From Okamejei kenojei (taxonomy: Eukaryota), in contig CM069147.1 of the NCBI GenBank assembly GCA_035221665.1, positions 12,772,001-12,836,000 on the forward strand: a stretch of 64,000 nt of DNA, given 5' to 3'. The position numbers and the translations under genes are program-made. The notes under the pieces were generated by a model. The model saw only the letters and a program-made list of their open reading frames with translations, searched no databases and was not told the DNA's origin. This document shows positions 1-13,082 of the stretch, piece after piece (within the stretch, counting starts at the first letter, position 1; the number at the start of each line of letters is the position of its first letter).

Positions 1-228
1 GCATGCAGACCACATTAAATACCTTGCCCTGATCAACTTTCTCCTTACCTCAAAAAATGTAGTTAAGGTTAGTATGATAACTTGACTTAACAATACCATG
101 CTGGCCATCGCTGATTAATTTGTGTCTTTGTTATATACTGCAATGTAGTGCCATAATTTGTTTCTGAGATTAATATTTGGTCTTTCTATCATTTATCCCG
201 CCAAAGTAAGCCGTAATTATACCACGTG

Positions 229-356
229 CAAGAAGGAATTGCAGATGCTGGTTTAAACCGAAGATAGACACAAAACCTGGAGTAACGGCGGGACAGGCAG
301 CATCTCTGGAGAGGAGGAATGGTGGATGTTTCAGGTCAAGACCCTTCTTCAGACCC
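229..356 (-). mobile_element. Penelope-derived terminal repeat with minimal hammerhead motif
   Basis: Minus strand reads gggt-CTGAAGA-a-gggtc-tt-gacct-GAAAC-ATC. Same family as the repeat attached to the PLE ORF at 12588. Confidence 0.7.
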
Positions 357-1199
357 TATTTCATGTTAGACTCTATCTGATAATATCAGAATCAAATTAT
401 GAGATGGTTGAAGTGTTTGTAAAAAAAGTCACTGGCTCAAATTATTCAATTACCAAGTTGGAAACCTCAAGTTATTACTTTCTAATAAGTTTTCAATGCA
501 TTTTCAAGATAAATTGTCATCATTATATGGGTAAGATCTTTTCTTCAAAGGAAAATCCCCCTCATTCTCATTTTACCACAATCAGCACCAGCAAATCATG
601 TCGCATGAGTGAAAAACAGGGGAAACTCTTCTGATTTCAGATTGATGTTAATTTTATTCGATGTTTAACTTTGAGTTGCTTCCTTAATTGTAGAATACAT
701 TTAATTTCAACACTAGGTGCAGTAAGCCACACTAATGAGGAGGATTTGTGCGGTTACATTTTGACTAACAAACATGGACCATGTGACAAACAATCAATGT
801 CTCAACTATATTAAATTTGCTATTGGTTTAAACCACAAATAAAGAAAAAGCATTGGTTTTCCAGACTAAGCATAATAACACATGCAGAAATGATTGCAGA
901 AGCTGAAAATAAATCCAATATACAAAGCTGTGTAGCGAGGCCAGAGTGAGGTATAGTCCATGATTACAACACTGAAGAATATTGCTGAAATTACAGTTTC
1001 CCAAGAAAATAATAAAAAAGCTTCTCTTGCGAGACATTTTGAGGGAAAAAAGCCATCTGAAATGGGACTATTGTTCTGGAAAAAGCAATATAAAATCTCC
1101 GAAGATTGAAGTTGTTTTTACTTGTGATAAAGGTTGAGTGCCAGCTAAGAATAGGGTAGATAACTAAACCAGATGGGCCTCAAGATTAGCTCTTTATGT

Positions 1200-1645
1200 A
1201 AAAACAAGGAACTCAGATGTTGGTTGACAAAAAAAGACACAAAGTGATGGAGTAACTCAACGGGTCAACGAGCATCTCCAGAGAACATGGATAGGTCCGG
1301 ACTTTTCAGACTGTTTGTGGTGGGTCAGGAAAGCTGGAAAGCTGAGGGGGGAGCGGGGGGTGAGAGGCAGATGGTTGGACAAAGGTCAGGGATGGAAGGA
1401 TAAAAGATGCATGATAAGGATAGAAGAGTTGGGAATTATAAAGCCAGAGGAAGGAATGTAGGTGGAAGGAAAGGGCGGGGGTGGGGAGAAATGGTTGCGA
1501 GTCCAGGTTGGGCATGGGAAAGAAAGAGGGAGAAAAAGGGGAGGGGGGGGGGGAAACGAGGCATGGGATTTGGTTAGCTACCTAAAATTGGAGAATTCAG
1601 TGTTCATACTGTTGGGTTGTAAGTTACCCAAGCAATATGAGATGG
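1200..1645 (-). mobile_element. Penelope-like element fragment
   Basis: Terminal repeat, purine-rich segment, and acctaaaattggagaattcagtgttcatac shared with 12760-12825. Confidence 0.7.
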
Positions 1646-1754
1646 GGTATCTAAACAATGACTAGTGCCTGCTCCCAGTTTGCTGGAGTTCTCCCGTATT
1701 CAGCATTGTTGGCCTCCTCTACACTGAACGTCCCTAAATGTCTTGAAGTCTTGA

Positions 1755-1888
1755 TACTTTCAAGAGAGAGCTAGATAGGGCAATTAAAGATAGCGGTGTC
1801 AGGGGATATGAGGAGAAGGCAGGAACATGGTGCTGATTGTGGATGATCAGTCATGATCACATTGAATGGCGGTGCTGGCTCGAAGGCA
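1755..1888 (+). mobile_element. CR1 3' UTR fragment
   Basis: Reverse-complement match to 39330-39455. Confidence 0.7.
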
Positions 1889-2347
1889 TAAGCTCAGTTA
1901 TCTGCAACAGGATCCATGTAAACCTTTTTCTAGGGAAATTGGGATTTCCTCTCTCGGTTTGCCTGCCTTGTGCTCAGGATTCATCACGTGTAGAACCCAT
2001 CTCTAAACAAAGCAGTATATGAGCTGGTAGCTGGGTGTTTTAAATCAAGCTTGGGAATGTCTTTTTCCCTGTTCTCAATATATTACTATTTACCTGGCCA
2101 TAATGCAGTTCTTGCATTTCAGAAATGAGAAAGGCATAAGGTTGATTGGAAGAGAAAGGGAGAATTAGAGGTACATCCAACTATAGCTTGCAAATCAGAA
2201 GAGATTGTGGCATTAGGGGAAAGTGAGATGTGGGAAGTCAAGTATATCGCTCGCCGTGAACTCACAATTACAACATATATACAGTGCCCTTCATGATGGT
2301 GGATTTGTGTTCGAGCACCTCTTTACTGCTGCATTCCCCCGTGAATT

Positions 2348-2450
2348 TCAGTCTGAAGAAGGGTCTCAACCCATAACGTCATCCATTCCTTCTCTCCAGA
2401 GACGCTGCCTGTCCCGATGAGTTACTCCCGCTTTTTGTGTTTATCTTCAC
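2348..2450 (+). mobile_element. Penelope-derived terminal repeat
   Basis: cagtctgaagaagggtctcaacccataacgtc...gagttactcc, with a degenerate hammerhead core. Confidence 0.65.
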
Positions 2451-2477
2451 TTGTTGAATTTAGTTTATTTAATTAAA

Positions 2478-2830
2478 CTGTCCCTGAATCTGGAAGTGTG
2501 CATTTCCACACTTCTATACCTTTTGCCTGATGGGAGAGGGGAAAAGAGGCAGTGGCCAGTGTGACTCATCCTTGATTATGCCGCTGGCTTTGCCAAGGCG
2601 GCGTGAGGCATAAAAGGAGTCAATGGAAGTGAGTTTGGTTTGTATGATGATCTGGGCTGCATCCACAATTCTCTGCAGTTTCTTGCAGTCTTGGATGGAG
2701 CTGTTCCCAAACGATGCTGTGATGCATTCCGGTAAAATAATTTCTACCAGACACCTGTAGAAGTTGGTGAGAGTTGTTGGGGACATGCCGAACCTTCTAA
2801 GCCTTCTAAGGAAGTAGAGATGTTAGTGTG
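2478..2830 (-). mobile_element. Rex1/Babar-type LINE fragment (post-RT region)
   Basis: ORF 2514-2786 (LTNFYRCLVEIIL...KKLQRIVDAAQII...KASGIIKDESH) resembles the Rex1/Babar ORF C-terminus. Confidence 0.75.
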
Positions 2831-3244
2831 CAACTGTACCCTCAACTGTGTCTTTTGTCAAATCATTGTCACCTCGATAACAATCCCCACCTTCTGCAGG
2901 CACACTAAACCTTCCCTTTTGGAAATGCTTCTAGGATTTTAAGTAATGCAATGGGATCAGTAATGTTGACTGATTAAAGTATTTATTATATCAAACAGGC
3001 TCCAAGATTTAGCGACCTAACCGAATCACTGGGAGAGAGGGCGGGTGTATTAAGTTTATCTCACCGAGTGTTGGTCACATTGGTATCTGTAAAAGTTTTG
3101 TTCTATACAAACATGGCAGTTACTTTTGCTTTAATGAATCTCTGGGTAGCATGTTAATCATTCTACATGTCGCAGTTTGAAATGATTCAGGCATGACGAA
3201 ATGACATATGAATGCTAATTCCCTGCTGCTAGGTACTTGAAGAG

Positions 3245-3610
3245 CTCAGCGAAACGACGTGAACACGGGAAGCGTGTCCTTTCGCCCTGCCTCACACATC
3301 CCTGGGAATGATTCATTCCAAACGATACTTTCACAATCGCGTTCCACTGTTGCCATCGTTACCCGACGGCAACATTCTTGATGACATCACAATGTCACCT
3401 GTCCCGGCCCCGCCCCCGCTGCCATTCATTAATTTCAGGAGGCGGGAGGCGTCAGCGCGCAGTGACGCAGCGGTAGCAGTATCAGTGTCAGTGTCGAGCG
3501 GTGGGTTGTTGCAGGAGTCAGTGCGATATTGTAACAGTGCAGCTACCTGCCTGCCTGCAGTGGAGTTTCCACGGTGCATGGTTCACGTATACTGCGGGCG
3601 AGAGCAGACC
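3245..3610 (+). promoter_or_regulatory. CpG-rich promoter / 5' UTR region of the Par-6 gene
   Basis: Local CpG enrichment in a CpG-poor background. GC box cccgcccccgc at about 3409 and inverted CRE-like half-sites gcgtca...tgacgc at about 3449-3468. Confidence 0.6.
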
Positions 3611-3673
3611 ATGTCCAAGTACCACAGGACGCCCGCCAGAACTATGGACAATCTTATCGAAGTGAAGAGCAAG
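3611..3673 (+). CDS. PARD6A: Par-6 alpha-like polarity protein, coding exon 1 (MSKYHRTPARTMDNLIEVKSK)
   Basis: accATG start. RTPAR and EVKSK match the PARD6A N-terminus, including PB1 Lys19. Phase-0 donor aag|gtagaa at 3674. Confidence 0.92.
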
Positions 3674-4324
3674 GTAGAAACGTGTTAATTGCTGGATGTA
3701 TTATGTAACTTTCAGCATTGTCCTCAGTGATAGATTTGAATGCATGCTGTTTATAAACGCCGTGAGGTTTTTTTATATAATGACCTAAGGTAGCTCGGAT
3801 TATGTAACAATGCAACAAAACGGTCTTGGTTCAACGGATCGTTCTCTTATTTTGGGGACATTTTCCAGGGACTGCGTGTGTTTTATCCCTAAATGCGTGC
3901 GGGCCACAGTTGCTTGCGCCGCGCTGTTCCTCGGAACGAATTGATCTCGCTATTGATGTAAACAAACCTCACCTTAAAAAAAATCCAAGGCGTTTGCAGC
4001 GGTTAAAATATGACGGGATTTTTTTTGTTATTGTGGCTATTTTATGTTTCTGTCAATGTTCTTCCCTCTCTGGGCACTGGTGCCTGTTTCTCGCCATCAT
4101 AATTCGCATTATTGGCTGTTAATATTGGAGCCATATTTAATGATATTACGTGTTAGAAAGAATTTGAATGGTTGCGCTTAGATTTGGTTTTAAAAATAGG
4201 CAGATTATAAATCTAATGTTTTGGATTTGTGTATTATTTTCACATTCATTGGACGCCTGCCTGGTTACGTGTGTTTAGAGAGATGCAGGTGCCACAAACT
4301 CTTCATTTTTTTCCCCCCTCGCAG

Positions 4325-4547
4325 TTCGATGCTGAATTCCGAAGATTTGCTCTAAAACGTTCCAACGTCGGGGGTTTTCAGGAATTTTACCAGCTGATTC
4401 AAGCCGTCCATCAGATCCCGTACGTGGACGTATTGTTGGGATATACCGACATCCACGGGGACTTGCTGCCCATCAACAACGATGACAATTATCACAAAGC
4501 GGTCTCCTCTGCCAACCCTTTACTGAGAGTCATCATTCAGAGACGGG
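4325..4547 (+). CDS. PARD6A: Par-6 coding exon 2 (PB1 domain, [10 protein letters not shown]...[11 protein letters not shown]...IIQRR)
   Basis: Polypyrimidine tract plus gcag| acceptor ending at 4324. Canonical Par-6 PB1 sequence. Phase-1 donor g|gtaagt at 4548. Confidence 0.95.
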
Positions 4548-5539
4548 GTAAGTCGAACGCAGGAGCTACCTTCCATTGGCGCCTGAATTATATCCCATTT
4601 AAAAAATAATAATAATCTCGAGATGCATAACTGGTAATGTCTGATGGTGCCTTGGCATTTCATGTGACATTATAAACTGTGTATAAATAGTCGCGGCTCT
4701 TTAAGTGCTCAACATAGTGCGCTTGTCGTTTTAAATGTAGGAGGTATCTTAACACCGACACCTCTGTGCACTGAGCATAGGTTTCCGCTATGCAAGGAAT
4801 TCGGTTAATCTTAACTTTTTTCTAAAGAACCGGAGGGGGTGGGGGTGGTGGTGTCAGGAGAAAAGTCGTGGCGTTGTAAGTCACTTACAATGAGATCTAT
4901 TTTTAGCAAAATATTTCTCCATTATTCATGTTCCCTTGTTTTATCTATTTTTAGCACAAACAAGGCACATTGACTCATCGCTATTTGTGCCAGAAATGGG
5001 TGCGTTAAATAGCTATGAATCGCAGATTAAGCAAATAAACGTGGTCTTGGTTCGTATATGGGTTAAATTTTATTTTTATAGTGCTTACTTAAAAAACAAA
5101 ACCTCATGCCACAACACCCATTACGATTGTCCAGATACAAACAATTGCATTTTCATTCCACATGTAAATCATTAGTCTTCATAAAGCCTACGTTTTCAAA
5201 CTGAAGTTAACAAACTGGAGGTAAAGTTAGATTGGAATTGCGGGGGATTACCTCAGATATGGAATGGAGCAAAAACCTATTTGAAACTGTATTGCAGAAA
5301 TATTCTTGCCATTTTGCAATATAATCCTAATATTTTCCACTCTTCCCTTTCCATGGGTAGATGAAAATGTTCAGTCTCCACATAAATCAACGTTGTCGTG
5401 GGCAGCTAACTTGAAACAATTAAAACAACCTCCTAATCAGTTCCTTTCCTCCCACAACCCTAACTGTATTATCACTAATTGGAGAACACAGCTGAGGGAG
5501 TCTCAGCTGCTAATTGCTTTGCCTATATGGTCTGCAAAT

Positions 5540-5632
5540 GATAGACACAAAATGCTGGAGTAACTCAGCGGGACAGGCAGCATCTCTGGAGAGAAGGAAT
5601 GGGTGATGTATCAGGTCGAGACCCTTTTTCAG
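5540..5632 (-). mobile_element. Penelope-derived terminal repeat
   Basis: gatagacacaaaatgctggagtaactcagcgggacaggcagcatctctggag family match. Confidence 0.65.
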
Positions 5633-5999
5633 GTTTGCAGATGGGTGGCCCATGATGCCCCTTCTAAACTTTTCATTGATGCTATTGTAGTCTCTGGAAT
5701 GTCCTCCAGTATTTTGTAAATAACAAGGGCAAAGTGGTTTCATATCGTCAGCAACCCATGAATTGAACGTAGTTTTGGATTACAAGGAGTGCATTTATTT
5801 TGCAAATTAGATCTTTTAATTACATGTTCTTTTTGTTTTGAGCTGCAGTTCCAATAGAAGTCCACTTCTTGTGAATGATATTGATGATAAATGCAATAAG
5901 CATTTTTTTTTCTTCTAATGTTAGATGGGATTGAATTTACACCGCATAATGATATTGGTCTCAGACTTTACCTTTCTGAATGGAGAAAATGTCAAATAG

Positions 6000-6170
6000 T
6001 TCACGGCTGGTAAAGTTGCAGCCTCAGCGCCAGCGATCTGGGTTTAATCCTGTTTGTGTGGAGTTTGCACATTTTTCCTGTGATCACGTGAGTTTCCTCT
6101 AGGTACTCCGGTTTACTCATGCGTCACAAAGACGTGCTAGTCTGAAGGTTAATTGGCCTCTTTAAATTTT
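6000..6170 (+). mobile_element. Degenerate HE1-like SINE fragment
   Basis: gtgtggagtttgcac...ctccggttt...caaagacgtg...ggttaattggcc core. Confidence 0.6.
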
Positions 6171-6292
6171 GACATGGAAAGTCTAAGTTTAACCAAAGAT
6201 TCCTAACTTTTTATTGCCCATATATGAATGATAATATTTTAATTAAATCAATGAGGCTAACGCGCAAAATTGTTTGGGTATTTATAATATTA

Positions 6293-7184
6293 CTAGACTA
6301 AGTGCAGACCCGCTGGGTCTGCTCCCCCAACGCAACATTCCACCACTCACCCGTTCCCCCTACACAACCCGTTCCCCCGACGCAATATTCCACCACTCAC
6401 GCACAGCCCCCAACTGCGCAGACACGGCCCATTTCCTCTCATCCCCCAAAACTCCCTCCCCTTCACTCTTCTCTTCTTTCCCCTCTCCTCCTACCCTCAC
6501 TCCCTCCATAACTCCTCTCCCCGCCCTACTGCCCTCTTATCCCGTTCTCACCTCCCCTATCCCCTCCCCACCTCTCCCACTGCCCTCTTCACCCTTTATT
6601 CCCCACTCTCTACCTCCCCAACTCCTCTCCCTCTATTCCCCCTCCTCCCCCACCAGACATGAGACATGAAACTGAAAAAAGAGGAAGAGATAGATTTCTT
6701 CACGGATTTTGAAACTAGGCCCCCACCGGGTCGGACGAAGCGGACAACGGCGCCCGTGGCTGAGCACCACGGAGGCCGTGAAGTGGGCTTGGCGCCTGCA
6801 GAAGCAGTTGCAGCCAGCCACGCGTTAATGATGCTCACTCCGCTCCTTCAGCTTTATATTCTCCTCGCCGGGCGAGGTGGGCACCGCCCATGATTGACAT
6901 CGGACCCAGCCAATCAGAGTGGTGATGGTGCAGGAAGGGGCGTCGCCATCCTGGCGACTGACGGGAGAGGAGGCCAATCTGCGCATGCACAGTTTTAAAC
7001 CTTAATAACTTTTAAAATATACCATAGATCGGAACAAAACTTTTTTCCCTTGTAGCACAGGTGAATGGTGAGTAAGGTGGCGAAAAATCGTAGTGCTATC
7101 GTGTACTGTTTTTGCGCAAATAGAAAAAAACGCGAAACCGGAAGAGCTCAAGATCAGAGTTTTAGTGATGTGTAGATAGATAGA
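6293..7184 (-). mobile_element. Non-autonomous Helitron
   Basis: Minus strand starts A|TCTATCTATCTAC and ends CTAG|T. An 8-bp GC-rich hairpin gcagaccc-gct-gggtctgc (6304-6322) lies just before the 3' end. Inserted between A and T with no TSD. Confidence 0.8.
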
Positions 7185-7282
7185 TCCTTCCCTCCCTGCC
7201 TCCTTCCCTCCCTCCTGGGGAAAATGTAAAACAAACTTAAAGGTTATTGCTGTATTATCTTTTGTGCCAGCCAGGTGAACGT

Positions 7283-7285
<3 letters not shown>

Positions 7286-7313
<28 letters not shown>
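7286..7313. repeat. (AC)n microsatellite
   Basis: Seen directly. Confidence 0.95.
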
Positions 7314-7316
<3 letters not shown>

Positions 7317-8809
7317 AAGTGAGTTGAGCAACCATTTACTTTAACTTATTAATTTTGCAATCCCCAACAATAGGAAAATTCCTGCCTTTACCAGCACTTA
7401 AATCTGAATACATTGCTTAGTACAATGTTATGAACAGGACATTTGAATTCATGTGGTTCCATTGATCATGTTAATTCCTTTAAACTTGAGTTTATAAGTT
7501 TGCTGAATTCCAGGGTTGCAGCCACAATAGTTCTCTATTTTTTCGGTCACGTCCACCACATGGGATGCTGGAGGCACTGCCAGGATGCTGCTTTCGTACT
7601 CTATACATTTCAATATCAAAGTAATTTGGAAATCAATCAATCACGGACACTTGGTGCACCATCCATTTATGTGACAACTTCACCTTTGCTTACATCCTTG
7701 TGCAACCCTCAAATTTTCTACAAGCTTCTAGTTCTTCCCCCACCCTAATTGGCTGCAATTTTTTAAATCAAATATTACTTCTCTATGTGACATCATGTGT
7801 TCACTGACAGTTATTAAATTATTTCTCCGTTACATTTTAAAGTGGATTGTATTTTTGGGGAAGCGCCAAAGCATTTTTATAACAAGATGCAAAGTGATTA
7901 ACAGTTGCTAAATCATTACAGATTGAAGAACTGAATCCGAGTTTATTAGTGTACTTGCTTGTGTTATGTGCTTTGGGATCTTTCGCTGTTGAAAGATGCT
8001 ATATTTGTCATATTGCTCCTGAGGTAGGGAAGTAATTGCATGAAGTGTATCAGTGAGCTCCAATTTATCTTTCAAACTGTAGGTGATCAAGTCTGACGTT
8101 TGCTGATGACACAAACAGTCACATGCTTGGTAACTTCTGACCTTTTAAAAGCCAATGGCACTTTGTCTTCAAGTGCTTCAATTAGCTAATGCAGCAATAC
8201 TGTGGACAAAAAACTAGGCTGCAGGAATGATTTAGTGTGCCTGATGGAATTCCTTGATAGTTGCAAGATTAAATGTGGATTGTGCTCTTCTTCCCAACTT
8301 CTCACCAATTTACAATAGCTGAATGGCAGACTTTATAAAGTTTCCAATACATGGTCAGGACGATGGACCTGAGAATTGTGGCTTGTGTTCTAAATCTCGT
8401 CTGAGTTTGTGGCTAGAAATTGGTCTATTCAGTTCTGACGTGATTTAGAAAATTTAGTGTGTACTTATGGAGGAGGGAAATACTCTTTTTGGCATACAGC
8501 TATAACCGGGAAGCAAAATATCTGATTATGTGGAGGTTAAGATGCAGTGCATCACAAACTTGCTATATATTTACACTAGAATAGGTCCCTTTCTGGAATT
8601 GTTTATTCAGATTTATGGATGTGTCAGTGAGCATTAGGTCTCCGTAATGTGATTGCATTTTGTGTCCACAGATGGATTTCTCAACCCTTTGTGTCATTGC
8701 TTTGTACATAAAACTGCCGTGGTCGATTTAAAATGTTGCTATAATTGTAAAACTGTCACTGCTACCTGTGATCATGGGAAGCTTGAAACTATTCTATTAT
8801 GGTGCCCTG

Positions 8810-9045
8810 AAATGCGATGGGATGGGGGGGGGGATGGGGGGGGGGGGGAGAAACTATGTATAAACACTGCTGTAATTCTTCCTACATGGTGAAACCAAAA
8901 TGTGTAAAAATGGCCTTTATTAAAATCTGACAATGTGCACTTTAACCACATGCAATTTTTTTTCTATTACAAATCTCAACTTGTGGAGTACGGAGGCAAA
9001 TAAAGTAACGATGGCTCTTTGTCGCAAACATTATGGAGGGCACTG
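8810..9045. mobile_element. Tc1-like transposon terminal fragment
   Basis: Ends ...caaacattatggagggcactg|ta, which reads TA|CAGTGCCCTCCATAATGTTTG on the minus strand, a typical Tc1 terminus with a TA target. Confidence 0.65.
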
Positions 9046-9911
9046 TATTTACTTGCGCTGACCTGACGCTTTGATTTAGTTTATCAAATGTTCAGGCAGT
9101 CCAGTGAACTAGGGTATATTGAAGACAGTTTATCTGAATCATCTGTGCCATTAATACTCTTGACAAATCTTATTTGTATTTTCAGCTTATGTGGTCCACA
9201 TTCAAATTGTAAAGAAAGTTTTGTGGTTCATTTATTCACTGAATAAATTAATTGAGATATCTATTGGTATTTTTTAATGTAATATTGCAACTTGCCTTTT
9301 CTCATGGTATACTGGTATTTCCCGGATGGATGCCAGTTTAGGTCTAGATTTGGATACATGAAAAAATGTTTAACTCGTCTGTTGCACACAAGAACGTCTC
9401 ATTTTGAGCTTTTATATGACTGGATTTTACTCGTTTTAAATGGTACCTTTAGTATTCCCTGAAAGGCAGGCACATGAAATCTCTGTTACAAAGCAAGAAA
9501 TTGTACTGACCACTTTGTACACAGCACCGTGATCATTTGGTCAAGGATTTGGCAACTAATTTGCTTTTTCAAAATAATATTGGATTTTGCATGCATCTGT
9601 GGAAACACAAGTGGCTTTATTTGAAATTGTATCCAAAGGATGACTCCTAGAATGTAGCCTCTCTTCCGCCCCACCGCCGCCAGTAATGCATGAGATTTAT
9701 GATGGGGTTTTTTCCTCTTGATAACTCGAGTCCAAGCCAGAACTTTTTGACTTGGGTGGCAAGTGCTGGCCCTTGGAGAACAATAATTTCAAGTTGTGAC
9801 ATTTAAATATTACAAAAACGACTTGATTGCTAGCATTAACTCACGTTTTAAAGATCTGTGATGAAAATCACTTGCTAAATTGCTCATTTCTAAAATGACT
9901 AAAATCACTTG

Positions 9912-10082
9912 AATAGACACAGAGTACGGGAGTAACTAAGCAGGTCAGACAGCATCTCTGGAGAAAAAGGATGGGTGACGTTTTGAGCCGTAACTCTTCT
10001 TTAGACAGTCTGACCCGCTGAGTTACTCCAGCACTTTGTGTATATCATCGGTGTAAACCAGCATCCACAGTTCTTTCCTACA
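9912..10082. mobile_element. Penelope-derived fold-back repeat
   Basis: Two partial copies of the family in inverted orientation. Confidence 0.6.
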
Positions 10083-12587
10083 GAAAATCACTTGGATGCA
10101 TATTTTTCTAAACATTGTTTAATTTCATGGTAAAGTCTAAATCTCTTGTTAATCAGCCTTTTAGCTAATTTGCTATGAGGTGGGAAATTATGTCTTGTTC
10201 TAATAACTCTTGAACAACCATTGATAACTTGTAAAGTTCCCTGCTAAGTGAGTAGAATGCCATATGTACATTTGTTTGAAAGCTACGTGAAAAAAAAAAT
10301 AATAATTAATTTGTGTATCAACATGGACATTTTTCTTACTTGATGTTGATGTAACTTGAATAAAGTTAATCTTTTAGTTAGAGACTATGGGTTATGCATT
10401 CCACTTGAGATGTTGGGATGCTTTTCATGTGTATGAATAGCCATAGCAAGTAGCAGTTTTGCAAATATAATGTGTTTATTGCAAAAAGCTGCAGTAACTC
10501 AGTGGGTCAGGCAGCATTTCTCTTGAGAAAAGCAATCGATGATGTTTCAGGTCAGGACCCATCTTTGGACCCTGAATGCAAACCAGTTTTTCTTGAATGA
10601 AAGTTTTGGCAAACCTGCAACTATGTGGCTTCAGACTGCGTGAGCAAGGTGCACCAAAAAACTTACTGCTCTTAATATTTGATATTTAATATTAACTTGA
10701 TTGATGAAATTAAGTGACCTCTGCCAATATTTCTCAAACTGGACCTTAAGATATTTGAAAATGTTCTTCACAAGCACATAAATTAGTGTGCTTTTTTTCT
10801 TGTCTAAACCTGTATCTAGTTGCTATTCTGCAAATGCCCTTTAATTTGCATCAGTAAATCTCTTTTTAGAATAGAACTATCGGAGTTCATTTCTACAAAC
10901 GTAGGTTTGATTAACTTCAAGCTTGTAAATTAAATTGGAGGCATTGGTATCAAAAACATTTTGATGAGGTGAGAGAACTTGTTGGTGGTGGCAGTGTGGA
11001 GAATAATGGAAACGTTGAATGTTGGTAAAGTGTGGTTAGTTCACTAATCAGTTCATTTCTGTTTGCTCTCAGCTGGTAACAGCAAAACACCATCTAAAGA
11101 TGGGAATTACTTAACATAGGGGGTTTTGAAGTAAAAACTTCACTTGCAACCAAATACTTGTATGTTAATTTTTGCTTGTTACATCTTTCAGTGAGGTAGA
11201 AATATTAATTACTGGAACAGTAACCCAATGAGCAGTGCTTATTACCCAAAAAAAAAAAAAAAAATTGGGAAGGAAATCTTGTTTCCAGATTTAGTTTTGG
11301 GACAATAAGACCATGTCCACAAATTAACAAGTTTTCAGAAGTCACATTGATCATTCATTGTGTAGGCCACATCTGTACAATAACAAAAGAAAGGGCATGT
11401 CACCACTTGAAATATCGAGGATGAAGTAATTTGGATAGCTTTTTAAAAACAATCCAATGCTATTTTGTTCTTGGATACCATGTACTGTTCACTATGTGGG
11501 GACACAAGACCTGGCATTATTGGTTGTTTGTCTTTTTGGTTACCTTGCGCATTTGGTAAATTAGATTGACTTGCATGACAATTTTCACCTACTCGCACCA
11601 AAAGGCAGCTGTCTTGATTTTGGGGGAGAGGAGGGAAATAAATTAATTGTAAAGTCATGGCTGATTTTGGTCCACAAAGCAAGTAAATCATTCGTTAAAG
11701 TTTAGTACAAGTCGCAAGGTTGTCCTTGGTATCCATAAGTTTCTTTTACATGTTTACATTATTTTTCTTCTGAGACCTTGATGGAAAGAGAAGGGAGTGG
11801 AAAAGAAACAAGTCTATAGCGATGCTAAGCAGAACATACTGCACTTGCATAGTAAGTTGATTAGTACGTGTAGAGGGACAGTATTTTGCAACAAAAGCTG
11901 TTTTTAATTTATTTGGGGGCAACGGCAGGTGATCATGTTTAAACGTGCAACCTTGTATTGAATACAGCAAAAGGCAGTTTGTATCGCACACAAGCTGTTA
12001 ACAACAATGCAATCTTTGTGGTTTCGGTTCAAAGTTGACCATTGGAAACAACTAGTTAAAGTACTTCAATTTTTTTTTTTCCATTTGTCCTATCCAATAT
12101 AATACAACACAAACAGGTTAACAAAGTTCCCTTCTATTTTAGGTATCTGAATATGCCTTCCATCAATATTTGTTTTCCTTGAGTAAGTGGATTCCCAGTC
12201 TGTGTGTTTTAATATTTATTATGGTTGCTGTGTAACTCCTACAGTTGGGTTACCTTGCTGCTTTTCTAATGGACATAATGTCCCTTTTTTTTTGAGGAAG
12301 AATTCTTGCTCTGTAGCCAGTAGTCAAACCACATTCCAACAATCAACTTTTTGACTTGGTTGATAACACACTTTGATGGAGTTCATCTACTCTCCTAGAG
12401 ATAATGTTAGGCTAAAATATTAGTGCAGTGATGTAGTTTTGCAATGTAGTAGGCGCTAAATTTTGTGTGCGATGTTAAAGTGCAATATGTAGATACAAGA
12501 TCCCTCCGCACTGCTCTGTGGAGAAGGTCTACCTGGTGGTCCCCCCAAATCTTGATTAACATGGGTGACCTGCTTATTATTCCAAGG

Positions 12588-13075
12588 TAGATAGAAATGC
12601 TGGAGAAACTCAGCGGGTGAGGCAGCATCTATGGAGCGAAGGAAAAGGTGAAGTTTTGGGTCGAGACCTTTCTTCAGACTGATGTGGGGGTGGGAAGAAG
12701 AAAGGAAGAGACAGAGACGGTGGGCGCTGGAGGATCTGGGGAGGGAGAAAGCAAGGACAACCTGAAATTGGAGAAGTCAATGTTCATACCGCTGGGGTGT
12801 AAACTACCCAAGCGAAATATGAGGTGCTGCTCCTCCAATTTACATTAGGACTCACTCTGGCCATGGAGCAGGCCCAGGACAGAAAGGTCTGATTCTGATT
12901 GGAAGGGAGAAGTTGAAGTGCTGAGCCACCGGGAGATCAGGTTGGTTATTGCGAACTGAGCGAAGGTGTTGGGCGAAGCGATCACCAATGTGGAGCAGCT
13001 GACACCTAGAGCAGCGGGTGCAGGTGAACCTCTGCTGCACCAGGAAAGGCTGCTTAGGTCCTTGGATGGTCGGGG
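12588..13075 (-). mobile_element. Penelope-like element 3' fragment (GIY-YIG endonuclease remnant plus terminal repeat)
   Basis: CSRCQLLHIG/DRFAQHLRSVRNNQPDLPVAQHFN resembles the PLE endonuclease C-terminus. It is followed by the hammerhead-type repeat at 12588-12680. Confidence 0.8.
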
Positions 13076-13082
13076 TGGGATC

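Noticed and set aside
1890-3100. Possible minus-strand exons of a head-to-head neighbour (ACD in human), suggested by splice-like motifs near 2003 and 3062-3090
   Set aside because: Translations showed nothing I recognise, and splice-like motifs alone are insufficient.
3308-3610. Long ORF extension upstream of the Par-6 start and the antisense ORF 3331-3579
   Set aside because: No recognisable homology, and open frames are expected in a GC-rich promoter.
6274-6893. Pro/Ser-rich ORFs
   Set aside because: Translation of the low-complexity C/T tract inside the Helitron.
2279-9047. tacagtgcccttcatgatg at about 2280 resembles an inverted partner of the Tc1 end at 9045, which would bracket Par-6 exons 1-2
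   Set aside because: Similarity lasts only about 20 bp with several mismatches and does not extend into the rest of the TIR. Probably chance or an unrelated remnant.
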